Of a stretch of DNA of 64,000 nt, positions 12,737-25,903 are shown piece after piece (the stretch's first letter is position 1; the number at the start of each line of letters is the position of its first letter). Position numbers and translations under genes: made by a program. Source of the stretch: Paraspadella gotoi (taxonomy: Eukaryota > Animalia > Chaetognatha); contig JBJCIZ010000744.1 in assembly GCA_051294375.1 (NCBI GenBank), forward strand, positions 210,206 through 274,205, given 5' to 3'. The notes below the pieces were generated by a model that searched no databases, was not told where the DNA came from, and worked only from the letters and a program-made list of their open reading frames with translations.

Positions 12737-14477
12737 CTGAGCAAAATATGAGTCAATTTACTTTTAGTTAAAGGATTTAAGATAGTATCACTCTGATTGT
12801 AGCGCGTGCATTTTCATTATATGATTTCATCCTGCGATAAAAAATAATATAACAGGAAAAAGTAATTTTTAACCCTCGGGTTGAGTCAGATGTTTCCCGT
12901 TTATTTCGAAGAAGAATAATACTACATCCCTCTCCCATTATAGTAAAAAATTGATGTAAGTAAAGACTAATAAATATATTTAAAATCCTATTGAGAATAG
13001 ATTTTTAACTTTATATAATTTTTTTCACAAAATTTAGTTTATTATAGTGAACAAGTAAATTTCGAAATTATCATGAAATTTATTTTTATTAAGTTACTTC
13101 GAATGAGAGTCTTATTTTAACCCCCCCCCAGACGTCTTCTTAAGCCTAAACGAAATTTGAAGCAATTCCGCCCACCTCCCGCACCCCTCCGTCTCCCTCT
13201 CTATCATATCATTGTACCGTTAATTCTAATTTTATCTTCTTCTTGTTTTTATCGTCCATAAATTAATGAAACGTCCGCGCGGGTTTTTCCTCTCTCTCTC
13301 TCTCTCTCATGCCATGAAGGGCTCGCTCATCAATTCGCGTCAAGGGTCGATCGTGCGAGTCGTCGTCGAGTGTCGTCGTCGATGCGTGTCATCGTCGTTC
13401 GGTCCGTGTCGTGATCAGTCATTTTGGCGTAGTGCCTTTCCTGCTCTCTCCTTCGTTCTGGTTAACCGCCGCGCCACTCCCCTTCAGTCTTATCTCCTCT
13501 CCCTCTCTCTCTCTCCTCTTCATCTCTCTCCATCTCTCTCTCTCTCTCCTTCTCTCGGTCTCTCTCTCTGCTTCTCTCTCTCTTCTCTCTTGCTCGTCCG
13601 CGTTGGCCAAGAGCGCCTATATGGTCTGGAGCATGGATAGGACGATTGATTTCAACCTGCCATTTCTCACTCTCTCTCTCTCTCTCTCTCTCTCCTCACT
13701 CTCTTCTTCTCTCTCTCGCCACGTCCACATCTCCTCGCGCCTCTTCTCCAATCCGGAGCGGTGGTGGGGGGGCGAGTGGTCCAGTGCTCGGGAGCGCGGC
13801 AAGTAGCCCGCGGTCGAATCGGTCGAATTTGTGTGTGTTTGGCTGAGAAAGAAGGACGATTCCCGTGTGGAGACGGAGTGGGCGTGTCCGGCGTCCAATC
13901 GCAGGAAAGAAAGAACGGGGGGGCGACGAGGGGGGCGTGCCTCTTCACCCCTTCGGAATATAGACTTCCGTCGTTTCTCTCCACTTTTTTCGTCGTCCTT
14001 GTAGTTCGCTTCGTTGGCTTGTTACTTGTTAAAGCCACTTACCAGTTTTCTTCATTGTTAAACCTTAACCTCTTTTCGCAACGAAGGTTCTCCAATCTCC
14101 CCCACGCTAATTCGATCGACCACCTCGTTGCAAACTTAACCTCAAACAATGAAGCCCTCGCTTTCACGTTTGTTCTCGCTTCCTCACCTAATTTCCGCTT
14201 TCCCTGAAAACGTGAACTAAAAACTGACGCGCGCAGGAATGAAACTTTTGTATTGTTTCTTTAACAACATTAAATCAGTAAATAGAGTTTGAATTAACGA
14301 GACATTCACTTTATTTCGATCAAGTAGCATGTCTTAACATGATTATATGTCTTTTTTTTACGTATTTTTTTGTTTTGTAATGCGTTATAATTAATGCTTT
14401 TAAGATAATGAAGAAACACCGCTCTTATTTTCCCGCATTTTTTTTAGTCGGATCTGCTTTATCAGCAGATCCCGACT
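12737..14477. repeat. Second copy of block A
   Basis: Co-linear with 1-1478. Confidence 0.9.
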
Positions 14478-16040
14478 CTATGAATGCACTTTGTCGGTCG
14501 CTCGGTCCGCCCCCCTCAATATTGTGGGCACGTAACTAAGTATCATGTCAGAAACATCGAATTATGATAAATTATTAAAACAAATGGATGTTCGCATCTG
14601 CGTTTTTCCGCTTCCGTCGTCCTCATCCGTGCCGTGCCGTCGTCCCACGCGTTAGCCAAAAATCACCAATTACTGCGTGATTGGATGGGATGGATTTTGA
14701 ATGAAATTTTGTGCTGTGGATAGAGTAAGTGTGTGCTTGAGCTGGAATATGAACCGTTTCGATGGAATCGTTCCGAGTGAAATGAGTTTACGAATGGAAA
14801 GAAAAACAAAAAAATATATTACGGCTATTTGAACGATACGACAGTTGCTACATCGAGTGGATGGGCTGATTGGAGCGCTGGAATTTAAGTATGTGGGTAG
14901 GAAGTGTGTGATGAACAGGAAGTATCAAGTTTCGACTGGAAAATAGCGTGTTCGAGTCGGAGAATGAAGTTTGAAGGATGGAACCAGAAAAAACCAAACA
15001 GAAAAACTGGTTTTACTAGATGTGATTATGCTTCTTTTTCCGTTTTTATGTAAATGTTACTGCAGGATCGTATTAATAAATTCAAATAATATAATCTCCA
15101 CTTATGCATGTAATAAATTAGAGTAAATAAATTAATGCCAATAATGTAATTAGTCCAATCAACGTCGCATCCAATGTCCGTGTCCCCACCGTAAGCAAAA
15201 GCTCCAATACACTCGAGTGAATTGGACTGGTTGGATTGGAATTAGAATTTTTGGTGTGTGGCGTAGGGAAAAGTGTGTGATACCAGAAGGAGCTGGATTA
15301 TAGAAAGTTTTCGAATGAAATCGTAGTGTGAGTGGAAATTTGTTTAGAATGGAAAAAAAAATAAGTCGCATTTACTAAAAATCTTGTTTACTTTATTTTG
15401 AACCGCAATAAATGATTCTAATTAAATCATAATTGGATGGATAGATGAGTTGAAAATTTTTGTGTGTGGGTAGGAAATGCTGTGACGAAGGCTTGATATA
15501 GAAGTTTCGGTGCGAAACGTACCAGTGAAAAGCTCGTTAAGTTCAAATGAAAAAATATGAGTCAACATTTACTGACTATCTATTTATTCTATTTTAGCCA
15601 AGTGAATTAGAATTTGGAGATGAAATGTTTGGTGAGCGGTAGGAAAGCTGAAGTGAAGAAGTTAGATATCAAAGTTTGAACCGGAGATGCAAGCTTTTGA
15701 AAAATGTAATGCAAAGTTGAAAAAATGATGCCAAGTATAACAAAAGTAGTTAAAAAGCATAAGGAATCGTCGCAATTGCATAAAAGATGAGAGAGAGAGA
15801 GAGTGAGGAGAGGAGGAGAGAGAGAAGGAGACATAAAATAAAATACGTAGGATATTTGTTTTGTTGTTGATAGAATGTAAACAAAACATTTAAATAACTA
15901 TCCTAACTCGATGATGACCAAGCTAAATAATAATTATATTATTATTAAAATTAATTAATTAATTAATTAATTATCGTAAGGCAGAATCCGACATTGTTTG
16001 GCGTCACCTTGGTTGTTAAGAAAGTTGGGCAGCATTTTCG
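14446..16040 (+). mobile_element. Non-autonomous Helentron-associated element (HINE/DINE-1-like)
   Basis: Starts after a T-run with palindromic subterminal repeat AGTCGGATCTGC-(6 nt)-GCAGATCC(C)GACT, followed by GTCG/GTCC-like microsatellite remnants and about five related internal repeats (ttggatgg...gaaattttgtgtg...aagtttcga); a 3' subterminal copy gcagaatccgac lies at 15981-15992. This matches the known DINE-1/HINE layout. Confidence 0.65.
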
Positions 16041-19000
16041 ATATATTATATATACGGGCATCATTCCCGCCCAGCTCGCTATCCGATTTTACGGGATATT
16101 TCCCCCCCACGGCTCGCTAATCCCCGATTTACAATTCCCCCCCACGTCTCGCTAATCCGAGTTTAGGACGGAATGAATAAGAAACCGCGGATGCGGTGGT
16201 TCAGCGTTCGCTTGCCGGTGTCGCGGAGCGGTTGACCGGATAAAGCGGAAGGGCGACCGGAACCGTACGGCGCAGGTTTAAATGGCCTTTCGAACCGGAG
16301 AGAGAGAGAGAGAGAGGAAGAGGGAAGGAGAGAGAAGAAGGGAAGGTGTGGGTCGAAATGCGGAGCGAGATTCCGACATGGAATACGTAGCCGGAGCTGG
16401 GTGAAGGCAAAAGGGTACAGCGCTGGCCAGGAGGTTGTTGGCGCACCGCAATGTCGGACAGGGGGGGTCCGCTTTGCTTCTCGGCTCTCTCTCTCTCCGT
16501 CCTCTCTCATCTCTCTCTCTCTCTCCTTTGGGAGCGAAAAACAGAAATCACCGGTCCGAGATCGCCGAGCGACGCCGTCAAATGGCCGCAACCTTTTCCG
16601 GTCGTTTAGCCATTAGTCAGTTTTAGTAAGGAGAGATTTTTCGGCGCTTTTCTTCTTGCCGGAGGCGGAATCCTTGGGGAGGGAGGGAGGAAGAAGGAGA
16701 GAGGAGGAAGAGGATGGTGGACAAGAGAGAGGAGGAGGGGAAGGTTCCAGGCAGTGGGAGAGCGGGTCTGGATTGGAAGGACAGAGCCGGCCATATTTTT
16801 CCCACAAACGGTAGGCCGAAATTTCATCTTAAATTTAGACTCTTTAGATTTTAACATTTTAATTAAATTAATATAAATTTTAGAGTTCAGATAGGGTTAA
16901 GAGATTGGTCGTTTAGATTAGCAAGAATGTAAGGGTTTGAGGATCCTCGGATTAGGTTATGGGTTTGGTAATGATGTTATAGTTAATTATTACGTTAAAA
17001 TAAAGTTAGGGAATTAAGGAACAGAAACGGGGCTCATTTTGGAAAATAGAATCCCAGAGAGCCTTTGCCTCTTCGCCGATGGAAGAACGTACTGCGAGGG
17101 ATGGAACTATCGGGATTAACGTATGCGCTCCGTCGATTGTCTCTCATTTCTTCTATGTGATTATGAATATCACAAATTATGTCATTCTGTTCGACTTTGG
17201 ACGGGATTATAGTGGATGAAGGGCCTACAATCCGTCCCTGCACAAGATAATGAACAAGCAAGCAGCGCGGGAATTCCTTTTTCTCCTCTCTCAAGTTATT
17301 AAATAATATTATTAAAAGTTATTAATTAGGTTTCAGTTTTCGCCGTCGCCAGGTTTTTTTTGCCTCAGCGCGTCCGAGTTTTTTTTTTTTTTTTTCTTCC
17401 CTTCTTCTTTTTTAAAATATTCAACGGGAATACAAAAATGCAAAGCTATTCGATCTAAATCTAAAATCGATTTTCACACCCTCGCCTCTGTATATTCAGA
17501 CCGTTTAATATCCTAAAGATTATTTTCGATACATTATGCCGCGATTTTTTAATCGTCTCTCTCTCTCTCCTCAGTCACTCTCCATCTCTCGTCTCTCTGT
17601 TTTGTTTAATCTCCTCCGCAAGATCGTCTCGGACTGACAGTCGCCTCTGGCGACCCATGAATAGTAATGATCTTTGTTTTTTTGAGGCGAGAGGAAATAG
17701 ATAGCGAGCAAAATGATGCACGTCGGCGCCGAGAGCGGTGGCGCGGGAGCTGTCGCAGCGGTCGTGGTTCATCTCTCTCTCTCATCCCTCGTTCTCTCGA
17801 ACTCTCACCTTCTCTATCTCTCTCTCTATCTCCTCTCCTCTCCCTCCCCCCTTTTCCCCCTTTCTTCTTCTCTATTCATTTTTTTCTCTTTCTCCCTTTT
17901 TTTCTCTTTGTACTTCCCTTTCACTTACTCCTCCACAGGTTTCCTCCGGTGGCTTTAGAAACATCGTTAGAAGAAGAATTTTCTGATATATATAAATTAG
18001 ACAAACGACATTGGACATTGGACAAACTGCTTTCTCTCTCTCAGTGTAACAATAAAATATACATAATAAGAGAAATAGACTTTTTTAAAAAAATCTCTAC
18101 TTATGCTAAATTCGAATTTGGAAAGGTTAGGTTTTAATATAATTCTTAAACAAGATTATCTCCGTCCTCAAGTCGTAAAAAAAAAATTTGAAACTAATGG
18201 GGCGACAAGAAAAGAAAAAATAACTGTACTCTGCTGTACGCACGGTAGATAATCATCAATCTCAAAACTTTAAAATATAAATTTTGTATATATAGTAAAC
18301 TGAACAATTAAAATTCCAGTTTTTTCTAGATTTATTTAAGGGTTTTTAATATTTGATTCCGTTACTGACATTTTCCCTCTAAAGAACAGCAAAGAATAAA
18401 ACAAGATAGATGACACCAAGTAATAAAACATAAGAGTTAACCAAATCATATAACGGTTCTTAAAGATTGCACGATGAGGTCAATACGTGCATCTCAAACA
18501 CTTTTAGAAGCTTTAATATATATTAATATATATAGTATTATTTAATATTGACATCATATTATTCGAAATCGTCTTTAGAAACAATCGTTTTGGTCTCAAA
18601 CCAGTTACGCTGACGTTAAATTTGTAACGCTCCTGTACTAATTACTGAAGCGCCGAATCAGGCGTGAAGATAATTTCCGTGGGATGAAAACGCGAGATGG
18701 CGTGGGTGTTATGAGGGTTCGGGGGGGAGAAGAACTGGGGAAGGAGCGGGTGCCAATAGTTAAGCGTAAGTGTTAAAAGCGGCGGGGTCAAAAAGTTCGG
18801 CCGTTGTCAGGCGCGTCGTCACGCGGAGATTGTAATTCAGGACCGGCTCTGACGGGAATATTTTATATGTCCATATTAATATACAATATTATACATATAG
18901 GAAACAGAAACTTTATTTATTTTTAAAACCCACTATTCCTTAAAATATTTTTATTAACTCTTCCACACATGCCGGTACTAGACTTTCCTTTTCTCAGCAT

Positions 19001-19850
19001 TCGCCTTACTGGCGATCCTGGCGCTTCCGGCATCATTCCTGACGCTCCCGGCGTCACCTTTTTTTTACCGGCGTTCCCGGTGTTTTTTTCTCGAGTTCCC
19101 GGCGTCATCCCTTTCTTCCCGGCGCTGTCGGCGTTATTCATTTAAATCTCGGCGTTAATCCCTATCTTATCGGCGTTCTCGATGTTATTCCTGGTTGATC
19201 CCAGCGTCGTTCCCTTCATCCCGGCGCTCCCGGCGTCATTTCTTTCTTCCCTGCGCTCCCGGCGTTATTTCTGGAGATCCCGGCGTCCTCTCTTTCATCC
19301 CGGCGCTCCCGGCGTCATTTCTTTCTTCCCGGCGTTATTCCTGGAGATCCCGGAGTCGTTCCCCATCTCCCCGACCAAAGAACGAGGGGCGGGTATTTCT
19401 CGTCGTTAGCGTGNNNNNNNNNNNNNNNNNNNNNNNNNNNNNNNNNNNNNNNNNNNNNNNNNNNNNNNNNNNNNNNNNNNNNNNNNNNNNNNNNNNNNNN
19501 NNNNNNNNNNNNNNNNNNNNNNNNNNNNNNNNNNNNNNNNNNNNNNNNNNNNNNNNNNNNNNNNNNNNNNNNNNNNNNNNNNNNNNNNNNNNNNNNNNNN
19601 NNNNNNNNNNNNNNNNNNNNNNNNNNNNNNCCGATGTCGGCGGCGGCGGCGACCGCGGCGCTCGGGTCCAGTTTTCTTACGCCTCATTTCCCCTAATTCG
19701 TTTTTTTTTTTTTTTTCTGTATTTTTCTTTTTTAAATTTTTTTTTTCCGTGTTACGTTGAAGAGCGTCGTTAGCATCGTCGCCTGTCGTCGTCATCGTCG
19801 TCGTCATCATTGAAAAGCTTGCGGTAATTACCGGATCTTTTATCTATCTA

Positions 19851-19904
<54 letters not shown>

Positions 19905-20594
19905 GTCACATGCGCGAACTGAGTGCGGAAAAATTGGAGATAAAATCACACATGGTACCATGAGATATCACTAGATTCTCACATCAGATAATATCCTGAA
20001 GGCTGACGTTTTCAGCAGATGATTCCGTCAAAGCGAACGAAAGTCTCCACAGGCGACATCCGGTCGCGCCTGCTCGCCTGCTACGGGACGACATGGCCGC
20101 CTGATGGATTGGCGTCAACAGTCTAGTCCAGATCGGGCTGGACAAGATTAGTCTCTCGCCCAAACAGACCGGACGACGTGGCGACCAACGGTGAATCGAG
20201 CGGCGAAGGCGTTCGTCATGGAGACGTAATTACCTTACGGACTTCGTCGGTCACGTGACTGGTGGTCGAGAGGGGGCGCTGTTCCATCCAGCGATACAAG
20301 ATGCTATAATTGAATAAGAAAGAAAATAGAATCGCCGACCGAAATCTTCAGAAATTCCGAGACTTGGTTTTAGCAATTAAATTTTGCCGCTCTCCGAACT
20401 ACCTTTGGAAGTATTTTTTGGAATTGTTTTGTTTACAATCGTCAAAAAAAAGTTTCCATCTCCCTCTCACATTTTAAAAATTTGCTTAATCAATTTCATT
20501 TGCTTTTCCGATTTTAATTAGATTCGTCCCAATTGATATCACAAAACGGAAAGGGAACGACATAACGTTTAAATATTAGCACTGACATAACTAT

Positions 20595-20802
20595 TGAAGA
20601 GACAGTGATAATTGTTCAATGTAAGCAGTCCCCGAGCTTCGGATCAGGCTGTGTTACAGGCGTGTTACAGGCGGGTTAAGCGTCCCATCCCTGCTAGTCG
20701 ACCACCGGGATAGAACCCCGGACCTTTGAGTTGGAAGGCGAATCACTTGCCTCCGGCACCAATGGCCGCTGATGAACGGATGGTGGATTTTAGTCCACCA
20801 TA
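20595..20802 (-). mobile_element. Family-1 tRNA-containing solo-LTR-like element
   Basis: TGAAGAGACAG...GTCCACCATA on the + strand; flanks in element orientation are ATAA/ATAG. Confidence 0.75.
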
Positions 20803-21140
20803 TTATGTACTCCTTCTATCTTTTACTAGGTACAATGTACATATCCTTATAGTGCAGTTACTGCGTACACAAAAAAATATTACCTCTTATTTTTACTCCC
20901 TTTTTACCACCCTACCACCCTATAAGTAGGGACCTGTCTACCAATCGTTGCGTGACGCTTCTTTCAGCCCTCCACCACCCTTCGCTACCCACGGGTGGTC
21001 GCAGACAGGAACCGAAGCTTTTTCCGCAACGACAAGACAATAAGCTTCTTGCATTTAAATCAGGCATCAGGCATCTTGAAAATTGCTTTCTCTCTTTCTC
21101 TCTTTCTTTCTCACATCACTTTTTTTCCGTAATTTAAAAA

Positions 21141-21239
21141 GGCATAACAGAAGGATTCTGCCAGGTCAACCGGAAGAGGAAGTATGCAGGCCCAACATAC
21201 TTCCTCTTAAATCCGGTGCACCTGGCAGGCACCTATGTC
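21141..21239 (+). other. ~100-nt imperfect hairpin overlapping the predicted dsRBD gene start codon
   Basis: Pairings ggcata/tatgtc, ctgccaggt/acctggcag, ccgga/tccgg, agaggaagtatg/catacttcctct; loop caggcccaa; ATG at 21235. Confidence 0.8.
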
Positions 21240-22174
21240 AAAACAAAAAAACCAGACGGCAAATACTACAAAAAGTGATATATCCGTTAAATACGAAGTC
21301 CAATGTACGGCGGGCCAAATGTTTTCGGCCACCGTCAGAGTAAATGGCCAAGAATTTTACGGCTCCGTCGATCAAAGCGGCAAAAACGCAATGCGTGCAC
21401 GACGTCCTGGAAATCATTGGCAATTTTTTACATCTGCTAATGAATGGATCTCCGATGGCCGATTGTGTCGCACCATTTCATTTATATGTTGAGGATGCTT
21501 GTTCTAGACAATACAAACTTTTTTTGTATAATAAGCCATTCAAGTTGTTACGAATTAAGTTTTGCATAAGGATTCGAGCCCAAGACAAAAAAATTAAAAG
21601 GGCCTCGTCCCGCAAAAAAACGCTGTTGAGATTTTAAAGAAAATCCACGGCAAAGTCGATTTTAATTTCGGTTGGACAATTGGCTCGCCGTAAAGGCTAA
21701 ATGGCAAGGTAAACAACTAAACATTAAATGTTATATTTCGTGATGCGTTTTCAAAAGTTGGATTTTCTAATTTTTGTTGTAGAAGACTTTTTCGGCGTCA
21801 GCAAGAAAGAAGCGAACTTGGCCGCTCATTTTTGGTTCTCTGCAAATTGCTTATGAGTGTAGTAGTTAGCCTCAGTTCGTGATCGTTGAAATCCAGGGTT
21901 TTAGTTCTGATCCATTTTTGCTTTTATATCGGACGAATTTAAAGAAGCCAAGTGGACTGGGATCGGAAACGACTTGGTTAGACTGTATTTCATTATTTTT
22001 ACCATTAATAAAATGATTAACAATTTAATTCATGTTCATTTTCAGAACGTACATTGTCGTGACAAAAGTAGATGGTGTACGCCGTACGCCGTGTACGGTG
22101 TACGGTGTACGGTGTTCGCTCCAGCGACAAAAGAAGCTGCATAAGCCGAAGCTGTACAAAATTTGATGAGATAA
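21235..22174 (+). CDS. Spliced gene (or pseudogene) for a protein with three dsRNA-binding motifs; ADAR/DIP1-like dsRBMs, no deaminase domain seen. Approximate exons 21235-21419, 21571-21708, 21783-21976, 22046-22174
   Basis: Manual translation with frameshift correction: dsRBM1 VKYEVQCTAGQMFSATVRVNGQEF-TAPSIKAAKTQCVHDVL; dsRBM2 KKLKGPRPAKNAVEILKKIHGKVDFNF...KWQ|EDFFGVSKKEANLAA; dsRBM3 DPFLLL...EAKW...YIVVTKVDGV...TKEAA*AEAVQNLMR*. GT-AG introns at 21709-21782 and 21977-22045; the first donor reads GC. Several frameshifts and at least one in-frame stop. Confidence 0.7.
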
Positions 22175-22637
22175 GATAATTCAATGTTAAGAATATATTT
22201 CAAATAATTACAAACAATGTCTTCGTGTTACCTACCGTTTCCTGGGCAGTCGCTTAATTTTAATTTTCCTAGTCCTTTTATACTTCTTAAAATTTAAATA
22301 GATCAATTAAAATGATTTTCGACTTTAGAGAATACTACCAATAACTGAACTAGAAAAGCTTCGTCCAATCAGAATTAAAATTACAACTAGATTGAGAATC
22401 AAAACTACTAACGTTATCGGTTTTCTATATAAAATCAAATATTAATTTTGAAAATTAATTAAGATATTTATCAACTATATAATATTTCGTGTCCGTTTTC
22501 CGATTTAATTGTTGGGTAAATTTTGTGCAATATTGTGATTTGTCTCTTTATGAAGGTGGTTTGAAAATACATTATAATATTATCATTTGAGATTAAAGAC
22601 GAAGTCTTATTACATCAACGATTTTATTTTAATGGTA

Positions 22638-22676
22638 CAGACAAGTTTCGGCTTTCATTCAAGCCTTCATCAGTGA
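22638..22676 (-). ncRNA. Minimal type-I hammerhead ribozyme-like motif (Penelope pLTR type)
   Basis: Minus strand reads ca-CTGATGA-aGGCTT gaatga AAGCC-GAAAC-tt-GTC-tg: conserved core and stem II are present, stem I is only 2 bp. Confidence 0.55.
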
Positions 22677-23886
22677 TTTAATTTATTTAATTTAAATCTT
22701 TTAGTTTGTTTAAGTCTGTTTACTTATTTATTAAATTTACTATTGTTATACATTATCTAATGTATTTTTCTTAGTAACCAAATGTTAACCTCTGCTTCTT
22801 TGTCTCTCTCTTTTTCTCTCTCACTCTCACTCACAAAATTTAATTTCTTTTCGTTTTGCAAATNNNNNNNNNNNNNNNNNNNNNNNNNCGAAAAATCTCG
22901 ATCAGAAATTCTTACTCTCCTATTGGAGTAAAAATCGACCAATTAGATCAAAGGATCGCGAGTTTTTCAGTTCAGTTCTACTTAAAACTCACCATCCTTT
23001 GATCTAATTGGTCGATTTTCACCTCCAATAGGAGAGCAGAATTTCTGATTTGAATTTTTGTGAGTAATCCGTTGTGAACTGAAAAAGTGAAACTGAGTGA
23101 GACAGTGAATATATCCTGATATATATCCTGAATATATTTCTGAATTAACATGGTCTATAATAAAAAATTGATTCATAACCTTTAATTTATTTTTTTTACT
23201 TTTAAAGCTTTCGGCTGAGGCTAAAAAAACCAGGATTTTTTTCACAATACTCTTCTTTACAAAACAAATTTTCAAGATCTCGATAAGTCGGGTCACCTTA
23301 CCCACGTGAAATGTGTTCAAAATCCAACCGAAACGCGATCATCTGCGAAAACATAATGTGTTCAGTTTTCACGTTTAAAATTTCTACTCTCACAGCTCTG
23401 CTCTGCCTTCTCGTTCAAAAGCATTTAATCAGTTGGGCGCTAACGGTGCTAAATTTCTACTATATTCAACTATATACTACAATACACAATCTACTTTATA
23501 CTTTATACTTTATACTTTATCCCAGTAAAAGGTTTCTTTGCTTTTAAAAACGTTTATATAACGTCCTATTTTTGAATTTTAAATTCGGAGTCAACAGACG
23601 ACCGACAACTTACGACAAGTCGCCCAATAGTCGCCCAATACCTTGTCGTGCCGGGAAAAAAAAGCTAGCAACCTCAACTCGTTACTCGTTTTGATTTAAA
23701 TTTCTATCAATTCGAAAATTAAAATATCTCAATTTATGTTTTTAAATTTTACAGCATAGTTTTGAGAATATTTTTAAAATCAGAAGAATAAACATACAGT
23801 TTATAAAGAAGTTTGACTGAGGACTGTCATCGCAAAGGATCAGCGACAGGTGATAGCTTAAAACCCAACGCAATTAAAATAAAACC

Positions 23887-24119
23887 TGAAGAGACAGTGA
23901 TAATTGTTATGTGTGAGTGACAGAACCGTTCAATATAAGCTGTCCATGAGCTTCGGATCAGGCTGTAACACTATGTTACAAGCGGGTTAAGCGCCCCGTC
24001 CCTCTTAACTGCAAGGCGACTACCGGCTAGAACCCCGGACCTTTGGGTTGGGAAGCGAATGTCTTGCCTCCTGCACCAATGGCCGCTGAAGAACGGTTGG
24101 TGGATTTTAGTCCACCATA
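23887..24119 (-). mobile_element. Family-1 tRNA-containing solo-LTR-like element
   Basis: Full-length copy with an exact 4-bp TSD (AACC on both sides, + strand). Confidence 0.8.
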
Positions 24120-24624
24120 AACCCATGCTTTCGTGACTTTGATATATAGCGATTATCAATATTATACTTAATATTCATGAACTAGACTTCCCAAAGTGTA
24201 ATTTCTGTCAATCTCAAAAATACATAATAACTTCTTAATAAATCACGTCCGAATGTATGTATTTTTTCATGTTTCTGAAAAACATGTACAAAAATGACGG
24301 GCCCGTCTACAATATATTTACCTGACATACTTTGGCAAAAATTTCGCTGTACGGTTAAATGGAAAAAAAATTTTTGCATAATTTTTCTTATTATACTTCT
24401 TTAGGGCAAGCAGTTTTATATCAATAAAAATACTTGACTTTAGGTTTTTATCATAAAACAATAATTTGTTGTTCTTATGGCGACTTTGGTCGTATTTTTT
24501 TTAATGAATGAATTAAAACACTCATTTAATTTGATTATTACATTAATTCGTATCAGGATTTAGATACAGTAACAAACAAAAGAAAATAATTTTAAAATTT
24601 ATTCTTATTTTTTTTTTTTTTTAG

Positions 24625-25671
24625 CCCGGAGCCTCTCGGCTCTGTGCCGAGTGCCTACCCCCCCCCCAGTCCACAAGGCCCTCGTCATGATCGTCATCCC
24701 GGTCATCTTAATCCTCATTGTCGCCGCATTTTTGTGTTACTATTTTCGTTCTCCCGGCGCCGTTAAACCGAATCCACCGTCTCCATGTCGCTCCGAAAAA
24801 TGCGGATCTTTCGACCGACTTCAGTCGGAAAACAAAATGCCGGAAAATGGGCGAGTACGATCCGGCGGACTGGCCGGATAGTCGGACGATCCTGTCGGAG
24901 CAGGAAGCGGCGCAAAACCCTACAAGGTCTTGATCGGTGACAACGTTATTCATATTTCTTCACTAACTCATATTTTCAGTGTTAAAACCTAAAATTTAGA
25001 TATGAAAATCTGTTCGTCAGTCTATCCCTCCAGTTCATCCGTCCGTTCATTCATCCGTCTGTCCAGGCATTGGTCCCCTCTATTGTCTGACTATTCATCT
25101 GTCTGTCCATTTATTCATCAATTCGTTACTCATCAGTTTGCCTATCCCTCCGCTCGTTCTGCTATCCATCTGTCCATCCGTCCATCCATTAATAAATCCA
25201 TCAGTCCAGCTTCCTTCTAACCAAGTCATTTACTATCTTATTTCTCGCTCTCTCTCATATCTCAGTACGTGTGCGGTTGACCGTGACTCAGATAAACGGA
25301 CAACGGGTCGAGACGGAGTCGTACGGAACCGGTTTTCTCGTCAAGCGAACATCCGGGTGCCTCGTCCTCACGGCCGGAACAACATCCGGTCCAGAAAAAA
25401 CCGGACGAAAGCGTTGAGAGTCGTGATCGGACTTTCCGGCGCTCCCCTCCGTCATCGTGGACGAATCCCGGCGTCTTTGGAGGACGCCGCTGCGGAGGCC
25501 GCGGCGCGGGGGGCGTCACTCACTGGACGTTGGGGGAATCGACTTGGGGATTGGAGGAGGTGAAGGAGAGAGAGGGGGGTGGGGGGGGAAGACAGATGAG
25601 ATGAAATGGGAAACTGGAAAATAAAGGAAGAGAGAGAGGGATGTAAGAGAAAGGAAAGAGAAGAGGTGCTT

Positions 25672-25702
<31 letters not shown>

Positions 25703-25810
25703 AAGAAAAAGAGAAAGAGAGAGAGGGAAGTAAGAGAAATGAAAGAGAAAAGGTGCTTAGAGAGATGGAGAGAGAGAGAGAGAGAGAAGGGAAGTAAGAG
25801 AAAGATGCTT

Positions 25811-25852
<42 letters not shown>

Positions 25853-25862
25853 AGTAGAGAAA

Positions 25863-25903
<41 letters not shown>

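Larger units (their letters stand above)
16063..21400. repeat. Longest copy of block B/C, preceded by ~37-bp repeats
   Basis: Co-linear with 1620-7545. Confidence 0.85.

Noticed and set aside
24651-24881. Neprilysin-like TM plus CxSxxC N-terminus
   Set aside because: The downstream exons encode a serine-protease triad, with no HExxH metalloprotease motif.
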